The translations under genes were made by a program, and so were the position numbers. The notes beneath the pieces were generated by a model. It searched no databases. It was given only the letters and a program-made list of their open reading frames with translations, and was not told where the DNA came from. A stretch of 64,000 nucleotides of DNA from the human T2T-CHM13v2.0 reference genome, Homo sapiens. Position 1 is the first letter of the stretch; each line of letters opens with the position of its first letter. The DNA lies in assembly GCF_009914755.1 (NCBI RefSeq), contig NC_060942.1; one strand, given 5' to 3'. Positions 27,336 to 41,305 of the stretch are shown one piece after another.

Positions 27336-27437
27336 CTCAACCCTGGCTCAACATCTTAATGACCCTGGAAACTCTCAGAAATGCTTCAGGGCCAGACCTC
27401 ACCCTAGATAGGTTTAATTAACATCTCTACTCTCTGA

Positions 27438-27473
<36 letters not shown>

Positions 27474-27530
27474 CCTATGTAAATCACCAGGTGATTCTAT
27501 AGTGCAAGTAACTAGGATTGTAAACTACTG
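27336..27530. mobile_element. MER5-like element containing a (GT)n repeat
   Basis: ctcaaccctggct...ccaggtgattctatagtgca...ggattgtaaactactg. Confidence 0.65.
27440..27471. repeat. (GT)16 microsatellite
   Basis: Read directly. Confidence 0.97.
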
Positions 27531-28687
27531 GGTAAGAAGAACAGCAAAGAGTCAGTGTGGCTGAAGCCCAGTAAGCTAGCGATGCAGGGGTGGGAAAGAT
27601 GAGGTAAGCAAGGCTTAGCTAGTTTGGGGAAGGCCTTAAAGCTCATGGTAAAAATTACAGATATTATTACAATTGATGGAAGGCCACTAGAGAGTTATGG
27701 GGGAGGGGGCGAAATGAGCAGATTAGCACACCTGGGTCTGTGCCCTCCTATGGAAGTGTCATCAAAGGCTGGGAAGTGGCCTGCAGAAAAGCTGTCTTTG
27801 CTCATATGGAAATACACATGGCTAAGCCATGTTGGGTTATATGTGTTGAGAAGAGACATGTATACACATATCGTGGGCTAGAAGTCACAAAACTAGAAGA
27901 CCTGTGAACTCACCACATTTTAATTTCTCCTCTGGCATTTTAGATGAAGAAGATAAATTCATCTATAGGTGCAAGTACAGAGAAATCCCCCAACTGTCTC
28001 ATTTCTTCCTGGAGAGGTAACTTAAACAATGCAAACACAATGAAACAGATGAGAAGGGTTGCAGATTACATTTCTGACAATGCATAATCTCCGCTTATTT
28101 GAGCATTGTCATTCGGAAGCCTCCCGATGATTCCGGCAGGTCTGGCTTCTAACTCCCCATGGACGGAAAGAGGCATGAAGAGAATTACATTTCTCCAAGG
28201 ATGGGGCCAGAGGTCACTCTGTGCATTGCACAGCTGGCTCTAGTCATATTGAAGTGCTATGGCCTCAAGTATTACTAACAGAATAGCTGATGGCCCTGTT
28301 GTCAGTTTCCTGACACTCACTATCTATTACAAATTAAGCTGAAATTGTGGATTTCCAAAAATCAAGGAAGAAAATCTCCACCTGCTCTCCCCATTCTCAT
28401 GCATTTATTATTACAAGTCCCTAATACCATAGCCTTGTAAAGGCTGTGGGGATGCAACATGCTGTGTACTGACTGGATGTCTGTGCCAGAACGTCCCCCA
28501 TCTGCTGCTGGGAGGAGGAAATTGGCACAGAGCCCGTATGCTTCTGTGGACAACATATTAGTAAAATATCTCGGGACCTTTTAGGTAGAGCCTTGTCCGT
28601 GTAATGATATGCCAAAAAGACAGATACCTCCATACCTCCACTTCTCAACCTCTGTTCTATTCCCAGATCCCATGATTCAATAAAAAT

Positions 28688-28850
28688 GGCACTGAACTGG
28701 GAGTTAGAGACTTAAGTTTTAAGGCTGGTCCTATCACTAACTAGCCTTACAATCTTGAGCAGGTGATTAACCTTTTAGAACTCCAGTGCACTAATCTGTA
28801 AAACAAGAGGACTCGATGTGAATATGCCCTAATGTTTCCTTCAGCAGTAT
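28688..28850 (+). mobile_element. MIR (MIR3-like)
   Basis: gcactgaactgggagttagagac...cactaactagc...tcttgagcaggtgattaacct...atctgtaaaacaagagg. Confidence 0.7.
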
Positions 28851-29036
28851 GAGCCCGGGATGGTTTCCCTATTTGGCAGGGCACTGAAGTGTGAGTGAGC
28901 AAGCGGTGAGGTGGGTGCGGGGTGTGTCAGCCCTGTTCATGCTGCATGGCAGTAGCACATCCGTGACGCCCTCTCTGAAGTGTGACTGAGCCACAAGTGA
29001 TGAAGGCCATGGGGAAGAGTCCACAAGCACTGGGAT

Positions 29037-29062
29037 GAGAGAGAGAGAGAGAGAGAGAGAGA
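29037..29062. repeat. (GA)13 microsatellite
   Basis: Read directly. Confidence 0.95.
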
Positions 29063-29064
29063 GG

Positions 29065-29257
29065 AGTTCAGCTCTCATCTTCATCACTTTCTAACTGTGT
29101 GGTCTTGAGCAAATGACATAACCTCACTGAGCCTCAGATCCCATACCTTCAAAATGGAATTACGGTGTCTATTCACAAAAAGAAATGTGAGGAATAAACA
29201 AGATTTATATGATGCACCTGGCACATGTGAACATTTATTAAAAGTTTATTATTATAA
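29065..29257 (+). mobile_element. MIR
   Basis: ctaactgtgtggtcttgagcaaatgacataacctcactgagcctcag...aaaatgg...cctggcacat. Confidence 0.8.
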
Positions 29258-29710
29258 TCAGTCACCTATTCCATACTGAGTAATTATTTATTATTTATTC
29301 TTTTGGGGTATTTGGTTATCTTCCAACATGACATAGAACTCAGCAAGAGAAAGATTAGTTCTTTTAGTATATGCTTCTATTGCAAATGTTTCTAAATTGT
29401 TCCTGAATCTTCCCCCTTGGCTCTCACCTCCAAAACTTGATCATTCTTGGTGCAGAGGACCCCACAATGTTGTCCAAAAGTTGGATCTGGAATGTTTCTT
29501 TAGCACTAAATCAGTGATAAAAACTGCAACATTAACTCATGACATACCATGGAATTTGCATTCCAGTCACCCATTGGGATCTTTAAAAATGCATACAACT
29601 CACAAAGGACTCTTGTCCATGTGGAGAGATTAGACTTCCCCTTCACTCAAGGGGGTCGTCAGTCCCACCCAGCATTGACATGCACCCAGGTCATGTGTAC
29701 AAAGCTTTAA

Positions 29711-30166
<456 letters not shown>

Positions 30167-31919
30167 TAGGCAGCCTCACTGACCATGTCAAAATTAAATC
30201 ACAGTAGATGTTCATTCCAAACCCTTTGTGTTTTTTATTCACCAATTGGTAGACACCTGTCTATTCTAGCCAAGGAGAGTGCTTAGTTCTGGAGACAGGT
30301 GCATACTCATAAATGCCTATCTCCTGCCTTCAAGGAGCTCCCAGTCTCCTATCAAAGACACAGGATCTATTCAACCTTGGGATCTATTCTGTTAGGTGTG
30401 GAGGGGGTCCTGAAGTGCACTATGTAACAGCTGTCCTCTGGACCTTTGGTCTGGCTGATGAAGCGGGGCACATATTGTCATCATCATCATCATTATCATT
30501 ATCATCATCAAAAGTTAAAGGAATTATTTACCCTTCAACCCAAGAGCCATCTGAAGGACAGTATATGCTAAGTGGTAAATAAGTGGCATAGATAGAACAT
30601 GGTAGACCATTTCAGAGAAGGAGGGCCCAGGAAAGCTTCCTGTAGGAGGTGAGTCTTCATTTGGATGGTAGTGATGTTTATGATCTGGATTGGCACAGAG
30701 AAGTGGGATATCAAACTTTACTCAGGCAGAGTTTATAAATAGAGGATGAGGTCTGGGCTGAGATCTTGCTGTTTTAGGGAAATGCAACTCAGAAAGTTAC
30801 CAGAAGTGGTGGTCAAAAGAAACATATAAACTGGTAAAACACCTGGACTCAGCTCTTCTGGCCACCTTTGCATCTTTATTGTTCTTTCTTCTCCCAGCAT
30901 GAGCCTACACGGTCTCTGTACCAGCTGTGCATCACTTCAGGTGACTTCCTTTGTCCCTTTCTCTCTCCTGGTCTCTTCCTTTTCCCCTCTCTCTTTCCTT
31001 CCTTTTACACACACAAGTGCCAGCCAGGCACATAATATGCTTTTTTTTTCTGGATCTCATTGTCCTCTTCAATAAGATGAGAGAGTGTTAGAATCCTTCA
31101 TGAGTCTAACATTGAATGAGTCCTGCTTGCTTTCAGTCTGCCATCTGCCCCATTCTCTAGGTTGGGAATGCTAGCCTCCAGAGGTGAAACCTGGGCCATG
31201 GGCCTCTCTGGGGACCTCCTCAAGGTTGCTAAGCCTCACACCGGCGAGGCTACACTTGCCATCCCTGGGCTCTGCTCCTGGAGCCCACCCTCTTTCTGAG
31301 TGCCAACAGCTGCCTGCCCCATGCCCCAGGCTCACGGCCTTCCACGCCCTCCCAGGTGCAGGCGGTTCTAGGAAGCGAATAAGAGCCTCAGCTTTGATCA
31401 CACACACAATAACCTCAGCACCGAGGCATCCATCCTAATCACTTTTGATTACAAATGGATTAAATGGGACAGCAGCTGCACAGAGCTGCTTTGATTCAGC
31501 CCCGCTCAATAATGAGATGCACAGGCACAGGCTGGTAGGCTGCAGCTATCAGCCCCGCCCAGCCCTCAGCCCACCACCTTCAGGGGCTCCTCTGAGTGGT
31601 AGGCAGTGATCAGAGACACAGAGGAAACTAAGGCAACTTGCATGAGCCCTGAAATCAGTAACCTCAGTGCCCTCAGCCTCTTTTGAGATCTCCTCATGGC
31701 CCACCTACATGCTATACTCTGGCAGTTGTGCCCCCACGTTCTGCACCATTGCTGCAAACATGCAGCTTGGTCCGTCCGTATTCCCATGAAGCTGGGTGTG
31801 CAGCCATGGGTCAAACAACAGCTGCTCTGCTTAAATGAATCCCCAGAGGGTCCGGGGGCTCTTCCCCTCCTCTATGCCCCATATATGGCCATGTGATCTA
31901 TCAGGGCTGGTAGGGATAA

Positions 31920-32150
31920 TAATATTCTCACTAATATCATTTATTGGTATAATAGGTATAAAGCACATTCATGGCCTCCATCCCATTTTATTTTCCCCCA
32001 AATCCTGTGAGCTAGCCAGGATTTGGAGGACCTTATTTTCAGAAATAAGGAAACTGAATTTCAAGCAAGTAAAATGGCTTTTCCTGGGTGCCTTTGATAC
32101 CCATTCTGGTTCTTTGGGGACCAGCCCAAGCTCTGTCATTCTGCCATGTA
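31920..32150 (-). mobile_element. MIR fragment
   Basis: aaatcctgtgagctag...attttcagaaataaggaaactga...gtaaaatggctt. Confidence 0.6.
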
Positions 32151-32794
32151 AGCATCTACCAGCTTCTCCTTCCCCTCACTGGAGAGTGTCCTGAGTGTAT
32201 CTAATTTCTAATGGTGGCCCCATGAAAGCAGTGATTGCCATGTGTGTCTATTTTTGTGTACAGACTGAACCACTCAAGGGCTGATGAGGTATGAGCAGCT
32301 GCCTTGGCTAAATTGCAAGGCTTAAGGGAGGGAAGGGAGATAAGTGGAATTCAACCCCAAAGCCAAGAGTCCTCTGGGCTGGTGGATGCACTAACAAATT
32401 TGACCTTGGGGCATTTAATGTTTGGCCAAAAGAGTTTGAAAGAGCACTGGGGAATTCCCTGTTTCTAATAAAAGCTTCATAGAAGAGCCAACATTTCCAG
32501 TCACCTCCTGCCCACCTTTGCCCTAAGCCCAGGAAGGCAAGTTGCCAACCTTATGCTGAGGTGGCCACTTACAACTTGCCCATGGTAATAGCCAAAGCCC
32601 CTCCGCATTGCCCACAGCTCTCCCATGTGAAGAGATTTAGAGGGCCAGGTGTAAGGGAGAGGAAGGGTACAAAGTTTAACACCAACAATTTCATCTGTTA
32701 ATGTGGTACAGTATCTTCTCCTGATGATCTCATTTTAGTGGTCTAAGTTGAGCCTCGCCATACCCCTTAAAGATATCACAGGATGGAGAGAAGA

Positions 32795-33155
32795 CTAACT
32801 CATATTTATGAGGCACTGACTCCTTTGTCTCATTACAGACATCGAAACATCCCCATCCAAACATCCCTATGAGGTAGCTAATGTTATCCACCTTTTATGG
32901 ATGATAAACAGAAACTTGAGATTCAGCTTCTAAGAAGAGCTCATATCTGAACTTGAGTATGATTGGCTACTAAGCATGTGTTACTTTGCAGAACACACTG
33001 CCCCATCTGCATTCTAACTGCACAAGTGAATAAATTGAGCTGAATATGTGAAATGATAAGTAACTGGAATAAGGTCACAGTGCTAGGTCATGACAGGATT
33101 TGGATTAGAATCCAGGAGTCTTAACCTCAGTCTAGTCCTCTTTCTACATTATAAA
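32795..33155 (-). mobile_element. MIR fragments
   Basis: ccctatgaggtag...ttatccaccttttatggatga and aaggtcacagtgcta...ggattagaatccagg. Confidence 0.6.
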
Positions 33156-33199
33156 CTGCAGGGGCTCTTCCAACGTGCAAATTACTTTTTCCTGCCAGA

Positions 33200-33591
33200 A
33201 GCCTTCACCATGATGTTCCATCTACCTGAAGTGCCTCTCCCACAGCTCTTCAGTTAGCAACTTCTACTCATCCTTTGGGGGATGGCTTTATTGTCACTTC
33301 CTCAGGAAAGCCTTCCTTGACCACTCTCAAATTCTACATCAGACCGGTCTTCATTAATTCTTTTGTCCTACCCATACCTTTTTTCTCATTACTTTTTCTT
33401 GAACTTATCACAGCTCTAAATTATATTTGGTTTTCATATTCAAAATAAATGCTGTCTCCCCTAATAGACTCTTGGGTTCCCTGAGAGCAGGGCTTATATA
33501 TTATTTGTTCATTGGCGTATCCCCAGAATGCATCACAAGGCCTGGCACTTGCAGGGGCTCCCTAAGAGAAAGTTGAAATTCAGAATGAATG
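33200..33591 (+). mobile_element. L2 LINE 3' end
   Basis: tgtcacttcctcaggaaagccttccttgaccac...ctgagagcaggg...gtatccccag...gcctggcac...gaatgaatg. Confidence 0.8.
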
Positions 33592-33949
33592 TAGCAAGCA
33601 GATGAGAGGGGGAAATGAATCTTCAGTTCCAAAGAAACTCGCAGACATGTAGACCCACTGGAATAGGTCCAGGTGTAGCAGACTCACTGCGTTTATCTGG
33701 GATTTACTCAGGTACATCTTGAATTCCTAATAATGCAGATTTCTCAACGTGTTCTACAAGGTGGGTCAATCCCAAACACCTTTTGATTCTCCTTCCCTAA
33801 GACATCCTCAATGTATGTAGTGCTGCAGCCAAGACAAGCTATGCATCAGCCCACAAACCCACTGTGTGTTAGTGTTCTGCATTGAGGCTCCCAGCACTGA
33901 GCCAAACCAAGATGTTCATGGGCTATTGACCATGCCTACCCTACCACCT

Positions 33950-34740
33950 ACCCACTCCAATCTTCCCAACGTCAACAAAAATCATTCTTCAACTTCTTAG
34001 GCAAAAACCCTTGGCATCGTCCTTCACTCCTGTCTTAACCTCTCATGCCATAGCTAATCAGTCAGCAAATACTGGGGGCTGTTAAGAAAACAGCCAGTGG
34101 GCACTTTTTTTCAGTGTATCTCAAATTGTGCCCCACATTGGTTTTTCTCCTCCATATTACCCCCCATATCTCTCAGAGTCATTCATGCACCATGACCTAT
34201 ACCTCTTAGCTCTGACCTAATGGCTCTTACGTGATGTGGCCTCACTCTGCTGTCACCTCCTACCACTGCCCTTGCTCTTTTTCTCTGCTCTAGGGTGCCA
34301 ATCTCTTTGCTGTTCCACCAACACTTTGAGTACTATTCATGTCAGTAACTTTGCACATTCTATTTCCTCTTTTGGATTGCTCTTCTCCCAAATACCAGAT
34401 GGCTCACTCCCTTCTTTCATTCATTTGGGTTTCACTCTAACATTCCCTCCTTAGAGAGGCCTTCCCTGATCAGCTTATTTAAAGCAGCATATCCCCCACT
34501 CTGCTTTTTCTTTCTGCTTTATTTCTCTCTTCTTTTATTATAATTAACAGGTTATAGTGTTATGATCGTTATTGTTTATTGTTATTATTTTACTTCATTG
34601 TTTGTCTCATTGAGAATAAGGACTTTGGGTTTTTTTTTGGTTCGTTTTGGGGTTTTTATTTGTTTGTTTTTTGTTTTTGTTTTTGTTTTCATTTTGCTAT
34701 TTCCCTACATCCTAAAAAAATAAATATTTATGTAATGAAT
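33950..34740 (+). mobile_element. L2 LINE fragment(s)
   Basis: aaaaacccttggcatcgtccttcactcct...aatcagtcagcaaat and tggctcactccct...agagaggccttccctga. Confidence 0.7.
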
Positions 34741-34913
34741 TCATTGGCATCTTTCACATGAACTCCGTGCAAAAGTCTGACTACCCTCACACCTGGATTG
34801 GCACTGAGGACATGGTGATTCCTGAAGTTGTTGGGATGCCCTGTTCCATACAAGTTACCTGGACTGAATTCCAGACTAGTTGATGTCTTAAGTGGACGGG
34901 CTGATGAACACAC

Positions 34914-35112
34914 CAGTGGTGCATTGGGGCCAACTCATGCTAGGTGGCAAGAGCCAGATGGGCACATCTCTTTCCAACTCTGCAATCAGTGACTTCAGGC
35001 TAGTAGCTTGACATCTTGGGAGTATTTACACTATGGAAATTGGCAAATGCCTCACAATGGTGATTCCCCCACCCAGAGAGCCAGTTGTTGAAGAATTTCC
35101 AGCACATGACTG
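34914..35112. mobile_element. MER63-like hAT DNA transposon
   Basis: CAGTGG...ACTG termini; agtgacttcaggctagtagcttga...gggagtatttacactatggaaattggcaaatgc...gagagccagttgtt. Confidence 0.8.
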
Positions 35113-38100
35113 GTTAGTTCCAGTTACTCTCACTGGCATGGTGTGCTCAGATCTGCCTGCCACATTGAGGGGAAGGCTTTTATAAGCTAGATGATGAGTG
35201 ATGGCATTGCGATCCGTGTTCAAGAAGAAAAAGTTGAAAGCACTTGGGATATTTTGCCTGGGCGTGTCATCAAAGGATCAGAGGCTGGCTACTGGAATAA
35301 ACAGGCTGTAGCGTGTGCCTACGGGCAGGACTGGGGAGCAACGGGAGAGGATGAGTCCTCTAGTTTTGGTGTTTGGCTCTAACTTCAGTCATGGGGCCTA
35401 GAAGCTGTTGCTTAATCCATCTTGTTTTTTTTTTTTTTCAGTCTGTAGAATGAGGTTCACATTCCCTATTTCACAGGAAGATCATGAAGGTTAAAAAAAA
35501 AAGCAATTAGTTCCTGCTCCCCAGAACTAGAGAGACAAGTTTCAGTGAGGCATATTTCAAATGCATAAAGGTAGAACTTGTTAAGGGCTATTGCTGTGTC
35601 ACTAAAATAGCAAGTGCCACTTCCCCAAAGTGCTCAAGCTGAGCTCCCATCTGTCAGAAAAGGTGGAAAAGGGAATTCCTGCATTGGAGGAAGGCTGGTC
35701 TGGATTATCCCTTCCATGCTAAGACTTCTAAAGCCAAGAGCATGTCCCTGGGCAAGTCACTGCCCGATTTTTTGCCTCATTTCCTCCATCTGTCAAACCA
35801 GCAGGGAAGTTTCCAGCCCTTCCTGTTTTTCATTGTTGTTGGGATGATTATGTGAGATCATCTTTTGAAATGTTTCTAGGTTGAGGGAGTAAAGCTATTT
35901 TATCAATCTCATATCTTACTACTTTTGTTATATTAAAAATGCTTTATATCTTGAAATAGGACAAGACTCCCTGTGACTTGATTATCAAGAATGCCTGCCA
36001 TTTGCACTCAATAGATTGAAAGGGTAAATATTTAAAGCAGCCCTATTGCAAAACTCTTGTAAATTTTATGTGGAAATAAGCTGTGTTTGTTATAGTTGGA
36101 GTGCTTATTAATATCCTATGAGGTTGAGGAAAGCCTTAGAGTGAGTAGAGAGAATGGCCACTGCTGTTAACATGCACATGTCTTTCATTGCGATATGGCA
36201 AAGGTAAGAGAGGGGAAAGAAGTTGGTATTCTTTTCCACTTTCTTGATGTTCTTCTTTCCTGGAGCCACCCTTGCTTTGTATAGCTCCCCGTGTAGCAAC
36301 GGTTCTTATGCTCTCCAAATTATGAGCCTCCCTCACCTCTACTTTCTAGATCTGGAATTTCTCTTTATCAAAAGAGCTGAGTTCTCCAATTTTTCTTATC
36401 TAGTTATAAGTGAAGCACAAACAGAAATCCTGAGAATAGTTGCACAGCATTTGTGGTATAATTGACGAATACTGGGTTCTTTATTAAAACTAGAGTTAAG
36501 TAGAAAGGGTTGTGGAGAAAACATGAAACCTCTTCTTCTATGAAAGAACAGTGAGAGATGAGGGCATGGCTCTTCCTAGAGATACAGATAGGCTTTGCCA
36601 ACTCCTGTTACGTCAAGAGCCCTACCACTCCACCACTTTTGTTGTGTTATCTGTTCCTCAAGTGGACTCTAGGTAATCTCTCCCTTTAGTAATAGACAAG
36701 GTGTATGAAGCCTGATAATGCCTTGGGTGAGTGTCAGAGCCATCCATAGCCTATCCAGTTTCAAAGGCTGTCAGATCAGAAAGGATTGTACAGAGTTCTT
36801 CATGTTAGAGGTGGGGAATATTAAGGGTCTGCAGGGATATGACTTGCTCAAGGTTGCACTTTTAGTGAATTGCTGAGTGTGTCTGCAAAAGTGAACATTG
36901 CCAGTCCCTTCGGTGGGCCCTTCATTTGTGCTATAAATAAAGGGTTTGGGCATGTGATTACTAAAGGGCTTTCAGACTAACTTCGCAGCTACTTCCAGTC
37001 CTGCTGATGTAGGATCTGTGTGTTACATTCATTTTGCTCAGTCTCAGTGGGCAATGTATAGAGAGCTATCCCCCAACTGAATCAGCCAGAAATTCTGGAC
37101 AGGTTTGGCCAAAAATGGGTAGACTGTGAGTCAAGCATACGTGTGAGTTCAGGGAGAACAATGAAAGGATATCTTATTTGGAGAAGAGGTCTGGGGAGAT
37201 CTAATCCACATTTGACTGAGATGTTTTGGCATAAAGAAAACCTTCATTTCCAGATACCTCTGTGAGATGAGCACAGAGTTCTTGAGAGTGAAATCATGGA
37301 GATTATTTTTAGCAAATGGATTGGTTGAGGCAGGATTGTATGAGACGCAAATACACACATACATAGCCCAGAAAAGGAGAGTTTCTGGCGACACAGCTGC
37401 TTCCAGAAGCTGTTTCCAGAAGGTATGAAACACAAGAGGGAGATTTTTAACAAAGGACGAGGAAGTATACATGCCAAGGAGCCAGACTTCCTTGGAAGTT
37501 GTCATGAGAAGAATCTAGTCCTGTTTTCCAAGGATGTTTTGTTTGCCTAATGCACTGAGAGCATCTTTAGAAGCTGTGGCAGATTCTGCAGAGTATCTTC
37601 AATGGTGAAGAATCATTTTGAAAACAGCCAGCTGTCTCAGTCCTCAAAGAGCTCCCAATGCTAAGGAGTGGCAGGACCGAATCCTGGCATTTGCAATGCC
37701 AGTAACACTAATGCAAGAGCAGGGCCATCTGTGGAAGGGATTGCAAATTGATTGCACAGTTTTCAAATAGCAGTTCAAAGATATTTTCATTTCAACCAAT
37801 GGCAAAGCATACAAGCAAGCAAGTTCCAGTTGGCTAATTAAAATAAACAAGCAAATAACCTGATTTAATGTCTTTGAAAATACTCAGTAATATTTCTGAT
37901 AAAAACTGTTAGCAGAAGTATTTGATAGACAAAGACTATATTTTAAAATATTTATTTTGTGAAGGTTGTTTTTTGCAAAGGAGAGGAAGAGCTTGCTTTT
38001 CACCTCTCTTCTCTTTGGTGAAGATAGTTGTCTTCCTTGAAGGCCCTGCATCCTGCTGTCCAGCTCCTTCATTCTGTCAGGCACAAGACTGTTCTTGCCA

Positions 38101-38363
38101 CCTGTGCTCTTTCTAGATCTCATGCTGTGTTGGATTTGAAGATGAAACAATAGCATGTTTCATACCTGTGGTAATAGAGATGGCTTACTTGGGATTTTCT
38201 ACTTCTCTGTATTATTAAAAGTTATAATACACTTTAATATTATTAAAAGTAATAATTGCCCACCTATATGATCATGATATCACTCTTTCTTGGGATGCAA
38301 CTATCTCCTTCCCATTATTGGTTACCATCTGTGATGGTGTCTGGAACTTGGCATGCCATTGCT

Positions 38364-38470
38364 GGAAGGAAGGAAGGAAGGAAAAAAGTGTGGGAGGGAG
38401 GAAGGAAGAGAGGAAAGAAGGAAAGAAGGAAGGAAGGAAGGATTGGGGGAAGGAGGGGGAAGGGACAGAG
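38364..38470 (+). repeat. Degenerate (GGAA)n purine tract
   Basis: Five GGAA units at 38364-38383, followed by interrupted GGAA/GAAA units. Confidence 0.9.
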
Positions 38471-38824
38471 GGTAAACTTGTTTGGGGAGAGAAGATACAC
38501 ATGATAATTAACAATGTTCATAGCAGTGTATAGTACAAAATCCTTTGGTCACCCAGATTTAGGAATGAAACTCCTTTGAACAAAGTCAGCTTGAGTTTAG
38601 AAAAATTTGAAGGGGAGATCAAGATGGCAGAGACAATACCTTAGATGCCTATCTTGTGGGGCTGCATGGGGCTAATGGAAAGTCTGACTTTTACCTGCAT
38701 GGTGAGTCACCTGAGGCATGGCTGGCAGTGGTACCAATGTCCCTGGGGACCAGGCTGCCTCCCTGGCAGAGTAGGGAGGGAGATAGCAACCTTCCATGAA
38801 GGGATTCCCAAGGGGATCATGGAT

Positions 38825-39110
38825 GGCTGAGACAGAGAACTGGACTTTCCATGATTCAGAGCTATGTCCACATTCCAGTTCTGCCACTTTTTGCTGTCAT
38901 AACCTTAGGTGAGTTATTTAAGCAGTTTGAGCCTCAGTGTGTTCAACTATAAACTGGAGAAAATAATACTATCTTGCACTGATAGTGTGAAATTTAAGAT
39001 AGATAATGAAGTTAAAGTACCTACCTGGTACAAGAACAGGCTAAAGTAGGTCCTGAGACAGAAGAACAGGCAAAAGTAGGTCCTGAAAAATCATAGTGAC
39101 TTTTCATATT
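38825..39110 (+). mobile_element. MIR with a tandem duplication in its 3' part
   Basis: ttctgccactttttgctgtcataaccttaggtgagttatttaa...gagcctcagt; 25-bp duplicate at 39032-39056 and 39062-39086. Confidence 0.75.
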
Positions 39111-39834
39111 ATAATAGCCAAGAGTTCAAGGTGGGCTTTCTGGAGGAGATTCTCCTATTTTTCCTGCAACTTTTACAATTATAAAAGTTATGAATACCTG
39201 CAACTACAAGGTTCAGTTCATTGAGTTCTGCCTGGCTTTATCCCTTTCGGATGCCCACCTGTAATCATGATTAATTGCTCCAGATTTGGCCGAGGGACCC
39301 AGATTCTCTGCCAAATTGGCTCCACTAAGCTGAGGAGCAGAGCTTTTGACTTCGGTGCTCAGATACTCTCTGAAACAAGCACCTTCTGACTTTTCCATTC
39401 TCTGCCACTGAGTGAGCCCAGGGATTTAAATCAGTTTCCTGGGATTCACCAAGGGGATGAATTAGAAAGCTTTGATACTCATCTTGGGCCAAGTGAGCAG
39501 ATCATCTGGTCAGTTCTAAGCAGAAATTCCGTAAATGATGAGAAGAAGAGGAAAGCGAGGGTGGATATTCCCTCAGCACCCAGCTTTGCTTGGCATATGT
39601 TCAAGGAGGGAATCCTCCTTTATTGGCTTTTTACGGACTTTGGAAACAGCCCACAGATGCTTGCAATGTGATTTCTTAATTTTGTTGGAAGGAAAGGACC
39701 TACAACCCAGATTGTGCTCCTGAGAAGCAACATATCTTTAGCTCTTTCCTCTTTTCTTACATTAGTTGTTCTTTCCAAAACATGTAGCTTGCAGAACTTC
39801 AGATGAAGACAGCAGGCATACTGCCTGCAAGATT

Positions 39835-40131
<297 letters not shown>

Positions 40132-40462
40132 GTATAAAGAAAGAAAGGGAAGGCATTTTCCCCATGAGTAACTCATGCACATATTAAAGGCAGTACGGTC
40201 TTAAAATGAGGTCTGGTCATGTGTTCAATCCACTCCTAGTAGGAGACGACTATCTTAGCATCTTTACAGAGATAAGCTGCTTAATTCTCTTTCCCCAGGT
40301 AAATTCTATTAGCACTGAGAATGGCTTGCTCATGTATGTAGTATCCTTCTCTGTTAAAATATGGATTTGCCAAATTTATTTTTTACAAAGCTTTAATTTA
40401 AATAGATGTTAACATGGAAGTCCAATACAATATACCAGTAAAAGTTATGTTATTCTGAATAA

Positions 40463-40867
<405 letters not shown>

Positions 40868-41261
40868 GATTTCTTATTCATCATTCATTTCAGAATGTTA
40901 GATACAACATGGACAACCTGATAGAGCTCCCAACAGTATACATACCCAAGGTAGCCAGAGGCTCATAAGATATTATGATGTAGTGAAAAAGAACATGAGT
41001 TAGCCAAGCCAGGCTCAAATACATTCTATCACCTACTAATCCTGAATGAACCCCAGAGACTACTTTAGTCTCTTGAGCCACTTTTGACTGAAATGATTAA
41101 TAAATGCTGATATTAACATCCATATCACCAGTTTCTACCAGATTTACCTATGTAAACTTCTCACCCAAAAACCGCAGAAGATGCCCTACATAAAATCCAG
41201 TTTTCTTGCATCTAAAACAAATTATATGTCAAGTTTTAAAGGGGTGGGACAAACTTCTGTA

Positions 41262-41305
41262 GGTTCATTAAGTTCAAATAAGTTTCTTTGGGTTCATTAA
41301 GTTCA
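41262..41305 (+). promoter_or_regulatory. Two tandem DR3 nuclear-receptor motifs (GGTTCA-tta-AGTTCA)
   Basis: Identical 16-mers ggttcattaagttcaa start at 41262 and 41291; the motif match is direct, function is untested. Confidence 0.45.

Larger units (their letters stand above)
26948..27700 (-). mobile_element. L2 LINE 3' fragment interrupted by a MER5-like element
   Basis: ttgagcccctacaatgtgtcaagcactgtg, agacaagtccctg, agagcattccaggcagagaaaacagcaagtacaa; resumes at gaacagcaaagagtcagtgtggctgaag. Confidence 0.8.

Noticed and set aside
36108-37505. Possible processed-pseudogene remnants suggested by lysine-rich short ORFs
   Set aside because: The translations match no protein I recognise, and there is no polyA tail or TSD; a BLASTX search would settle it.
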